NCBI GenBank assembly: GCA_951406725.2
Contig: OX597822.1
Span: 102,176,001 to 102,240,000 of the forward strand
Direction of reading: 5' to 3'
Source of the DNA: Octopus vulgaris
Taxonomy: Eukaryota
Length of the DNA: 64,000 nt
Below are positions 55,590 to 64,000 of this stretch, in pieces. Under the pieces are notes generated by a model. That model had not been told where the DNA came from, made no database searches, and saw nothing but the letters and a program-made list of their open reading frames with translations. Positions within the stretch are counted from its first letter, which is position 1. Each line of letters starts with the position of its first letter. A program made the translations under genes and the position numbers.

Positions 55590-56253
55590 TCATTTCAACA
55601 TGTTGAACTGTTAATCCATACACATATTCTTTCTCTCAATGTTTTTTTTCTGTTCTCTCTCCATTTTTTCCTTCTCAATCCTTTCTGTCAAAGAGTGTAG
55701 GCTTGAAACATCAAAGACTTTTCCCCTCTCTCTCTCTCTCTCTTTTGGAGAGGCACTGAGCAGCTATACACACACATACACACACAGCAGTAACTCCCGC
55801 CTACCAAATTCAATCACAAAGCTCTGGTCGGCTCAGGGCTATAGCGGAAGACATCTACCCAAAGTGCCACGCAGCGGGACTGAAACCCGAAACCATGTAC
55901 TTAGGAAGCAAGCTCCCTAACCACACAGCCATGCCCACCATGATCACCATGGCTGACCAGGCTATCAGATGTTGCTATACATCGCTGGTCACAATGCGCT
56001 TCACATTGTTTTAGCCTTCAAATGATGCCACCTTGGCTGGCTAAGCGAGCAGGCCAACAGAAGAAAGAGTGAGAGATAGTTGTGGAGAAAGAGTACAGCA
56101 GGGTTCTCCACCACCCCCTGCCGAAGCCTCATGGAGATTTAGGTGTTTTTGCTCAATAAACACTCACAACAACTCTGGGAATCAAAACCGCGATCCTACG
56201 ACCGCGAGTCCGCTGCCCTAACCACTGGACCATTGCACCTACACACACACACA

Positions 56254-56314
<61 letters not shown>

Positions 56315-56595
56315 ACAAAGGGTAAAATTAATTAATTAAGAAGTAATCAATAATTTCACCAAGTAGAATTCGGTATGAAAAAGGACCATTTCACGGTAAA
56401 CTTAAGTAATACTTAATAAAAGGGTTCAGCAAAGATTTGCTTCACCACACACCAAAGTTTAGAAATAGCAGCCAAGTTTAGAAATCTTAGCTATTTCTTC
56501 TCCTTTTAAAATAGAAGAAATAGCTAAGATTTTTGGCTGCTATTTCTAAACTTCGGTGTGTGGTGAAGCAAATCTTTGCTGAACCCTTTTATTAA

Positions 56596-60144
<3,549 letters not shown>

Positions 60145-60179
60145 TATATATATATATACATATATATATATACATATAC

Positions 60180-60240
<61 letters not shown>

Positions 60241-60276
60241 CATATACATATATACACACACACACATATATATATA

Positions 60277-60364
<88 letters not shown>

Positions 60365-60718
60365 CACATATATATATATATATGTGTGTGTGTCTGTGTG
60401 TGTGTATATATATGCCTCCCTCGCACTTTTCTCTTTCTTTCTCTCTGGATATTAACTATAATTCAAAGATCTCGTTGAAGAGGTACAATAATTGTAGACA
60501 AGTTTTGGGAATATGTAATCGCTTCCATGTTCATCTCACCAGCAGGAATGCATATATGTATGTCACACCCCACTCTCTCTTTCGATCTATCTATCTGTCT
60601 ATCTATTTATCAATCTATCTATCTATCTGTCTATCTATTTATCTATCATATTCCTTTCTATACAGTGCAATCTTGTTTTGATTTATTTATTTAAATACTT
60701 TTCATTTTCTGTTTCTAG

Positions 60719-60779
60719 ATAAGAACACCATTCAACACTCCAAACCATAATGAAAGCTCTGAAACAAAAATGGACACAG
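60719..60779 (+). CDS. HAX1: HAX1-like exon, duplicate of 47940-48000
   Basis: Identical sequence and splice sites. Confidence 0.75.
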
Positions 60780-61758
60780 GTAAATTTCCTCTTCATCTAT
60801 AAATGCTTCAGTGACATTTTAATGCTTCTATATTAACATTGTGGAGGCGCAATGGCCCAGTGGTTAGGGCAGCGGTCGTAGGATCGCGGTTTCGATTCCC
60901 AGACAGGGCGTTGTGAGTGTTTATTGAGCGAAAACACCCAAAAGCTCCACGGGGCTCCAGTAGGGAGTGGTGATCCCTGCTGTACTCTTTCACCACTCTT
61001 TCTCCCACTCTTTCTTCTGTTGGCCTGCTCGCTTAGCCAACGGGGTGGCGTCATTCGAAGGCTAAAACAATGCGAACGCATTGTGACCAGCGATGTGTAA
61101 CTACATCTGATAGACTGGTCGGTCACGTGATCATGTGATATTAACATTAGTGGACCGGGTAACTTATCTTTCACCTGATGTCTTTTATTTGTTTCAGTCA
61201 TCAGACTGTGGCCATGCTGGGGCACTGCTTTGAAGGGTTTAGTCAAACACCAACACCGGTTATCAAGCAGTTTGGGGAGAGGGATACCAACACAAACACA
61301 ATGACACACACACACACTCACACATGTCTACATATTTATATATACACACACAGTAGGTTTCTTTCAGTTTCCTCTACAAGATGCCTTCTCAAGGCTTTAG
61401 CCAGTCCAACGCTATAGTAGGAAGCATTTTCCAAGGTGCCATGAACTGGGACTGAACCTGGAACCATGTGGTTGGAAAACAAACTTCTTACCACACAGCC
61501 ACGCCTACACCTGTGGACATTTGAATCAAGATGTTACTACTTAATGGCACTGCTGGATGACTTATCTCTTTACTCTTTACACCTGTTTCAGTCATTTGAC
61601 TGTGGCCATACTGGAGCACCGCCTTTAGTCGAGCAAATCGACCCCAGGGCTTATTCTTTGTAAGCCTAGTACTTATTCTATTGGTTCTTTTGCCGAACTG
61701 CTAAGTTACGGGGACGTAAACACACCAGCATCGGTTGTCAAGCGATGTTGGGGGACAA

Positions 61759-61799
<41 letters not shown>

Positions 61800-63474
61800 C
61801 ATGTACATATATACGACGGGCTTCTTTCAGTTTCCGTCTACCAAATCCACTCACAAGGCTTTGGTCGGCCCGAGGCTATAGTAGAAGACACTTGCCCAAG
61901 GTGCCACGCAGTGGGACTGAACCCTGAACCATGTGGTTCGTAAGCAAGCTACTTACCACACACCCACTCCTACGCCTATCTATTGAGAATGACTCTTGTC
62001 TAAGGAGTGACAAAGTCATTCATTTCCATATGTTGCAGTTTGAAATATCCCTTTTATTGTTCCTTGCCCTGGCAGTGTAACAGAAGTGATAGCAAGATCT
62101 GAGCCGATGCCCTTGTAGTTTAGCAGTTTTGTATTTCATTTGTTTTGTAATTTATTTCTTATGTAGATGCAGGCATGGCTGTGTAGTTTAGAGGTTCACT
62201 TCAAAACCTCAATATTAAGGGTTCATCTGAAAGCAGCAAGCTGGCAGAATCATTAGCATGCCGGATGAAATGCTTAGCAGTTTTTCATCCATCTTCACAT
62301 CCTGAGTTCAAATTCTGCTGAGGTCAACTTTGCCTTTCATTCTTTTGGAGTTGATAAAATAAGTACCAGTTGAATACTAGTGGCAATGTAATTGACTTAA
62401 CTCCTCCCCAGACATTGCTGGCCTTGTGCCAAACTTTGAAACCAGTAATAAGGGTTCAGTACCATTGCCTGGAAGCTTTCAATTTGTGTCTTGTACTATA
62501 GCCATGGAATGACCAATATGCCTTGTGAATGAAATTGGAAGATGGGAAATGAATTGGTGATGATGTTGATGATGATGATTGTTGTTGTTGTTAAGCAACA
62601 AGATGGGTAAGGGTGATTAGGTGATGGTCTAGGACTTAGGGGCGGGAGACCCCAGACCTTGGAAAAAAAAAAACTTTGGTTGTCTTGTTGTAGTCAAGGG
62701 CTCTTCGTTGATGCCCAACACCACTGGAAGGTGGCCCTCGAAGTCGCTGGAAATGGAGATCTCCAGGTCTAAATTCTTGAACGGCTGATGACGATGATGA
62801 TAATGACAATAATGATGATGATGGTGATGTTGACAGTGGGGTATATTGGGCTTTTTAGATTTGTAAGGAAAGGAAATGAAGTTTTGCTATACTCATACCT
62901 TCTGGTCATCTCTTATTCCTCCACTTCCCACAACTGAAATTGAAAATCATCATTATGCATTTTTAGAAAGATTTTTGGTTGCCAGCCTCGCCTGGCACGT
63001 AAGCACCATCCGCTCGTGTCTGTTGCCAGCCTCGCCTGGACCCCATGCCAGTGGCACGTAAAAGCACCATCCGTTCGTGTCCGTTGCCAGCCTCGCCTGG
63101 CCCCCATGCCGGTGGCACGTAAAAGCACCATCCATTCGTGGCCGTTTGCCAGCTCCGTCTGGCACCTGTGTGGGTGGCACGTAAAAAGCACCCACTACAC
63201 TCACGGAGTGGTTGGCGTTAGGAAGGGCATCCAGCTGTAAAAACTCTGCCAGATCAGACTGGGCCTGATGCAGTCTTCTGGCTTCACAGACTCCAGTTGA
63301 ACCGTCCAACCCATGCTAGCATGGAAAGCGGACGCTAAATGATGATGATGATTCAATTGATCTATATTGCAAAACAGAAAGCAGTCAGTTATTTATTTTT
63401 TTTTTTTTTTGTTTTTTGGTGCTGGGGTGTTTTCCCATTTTCATTCCTTCTGTCTGTTTCATCTCTCTTTTCAG

Positions 63475-63605
63475 ACGTCGATGATAAAGCAGTTGTAAAA
63501 GAGCTAGAGGATTTGGATGTACCTCAGTCTTCGAACAATACCAGTTCATTTTCTTTTAGCCGTTCCAACAAAGTAACAGTGCGTACTGTCCAGAAACCTG
63601 GAGGG
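63475..63605 (+). CDS. HAX1: HAX1-like exon (DVDDKAVVKELEDLDVPQSSNNTSSFSFSRSNKVTVRTVQKPGG), intact copy
   Basis: ttttcag| ... ggg|gtaagc; 131 nt, phase 1 to 0. It resembles the vertebrate HAX1 DLDSQV...FKSISVTKITKPDG segment. Downstream exons lie outside the window. Confidence 0.85.
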
Positions 63606-64000
63606 GTAAGCGTTATACATTTATTCCTCCCCCTTCTCCTCATGATCATCATCATTGTTTTAACATCCACTTTTCCATGCTTGAATGGGTCATACAGAAT
63701 CCATTGAGGAAGATTTTCGGAAAGACTTCCACCCATCCCGTCCCCCACCCTCAATTTCCTCCCAAATTTGTTGATTTAAAAAAATTTTTTTTTGCCAAAA
63801 ATTCCCGAATTTGCTCTCATAACATAAAAACGGACGAAATGATGGTAGCCTACCTACCTTAATTATGATAATAACACCCTTAAAATCATAAATAATTCTG
63901 TCAGATAATAAGAGCGCATATATACTGAATAGCAAATCTGATGTAGAGATAAGCATACTGTTAAGTGAATATTTGAATTTTTTTTTAATGGAAATTGCAG

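Noticed and set aside
60145-60367. N-terminal 74 aa of the 429-aa ORF
   Set aside because: Read-through from the flanking TA/CA microsatellite; RTE homology starts at SEIVEML.

Overview
AT-rich, extremely repeat-dense animal genomic DNA. The microsatellite load and SINE/LINE repertoire strongly suggest an octopus/coleoid cephalopod (inference). One host gene can be rebuilt by hand on the + strand: a HAX1-like gene with phase-compatible GT-AG exons at 19089, 25768, 31641, 47940 and 50714. The last two exons recur at 60719 and 63475, and the gene continues beyond the window. The rest is mostly mobile DNA: a decayed Tx1/L1 LINE split by a mini-Helitron, CR1-type LINEs, an end-to-end but decayed Chapaev3-like transposon, a near-intact RTE LINE with a PHD finger inside its polyprotein, MITEs, a young 207-bp satellite, many tRNA-derived SINEs and Penelope-like remnants. 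The most notable signal missing from the ORF track is a set of about eight type-I hammerhead ribozyme motifs plus degenerate copies, from several sequence families. They sit next to (TA)n tracts, often inside fold-back inverted repeats. About 40.7-51.2 kb is repeated at 53.5-64 kb across a 100-N gap and is probably a false assembly duplication. Almost all YI/IY-rich ORFs in the track are microsatellite artefacts.
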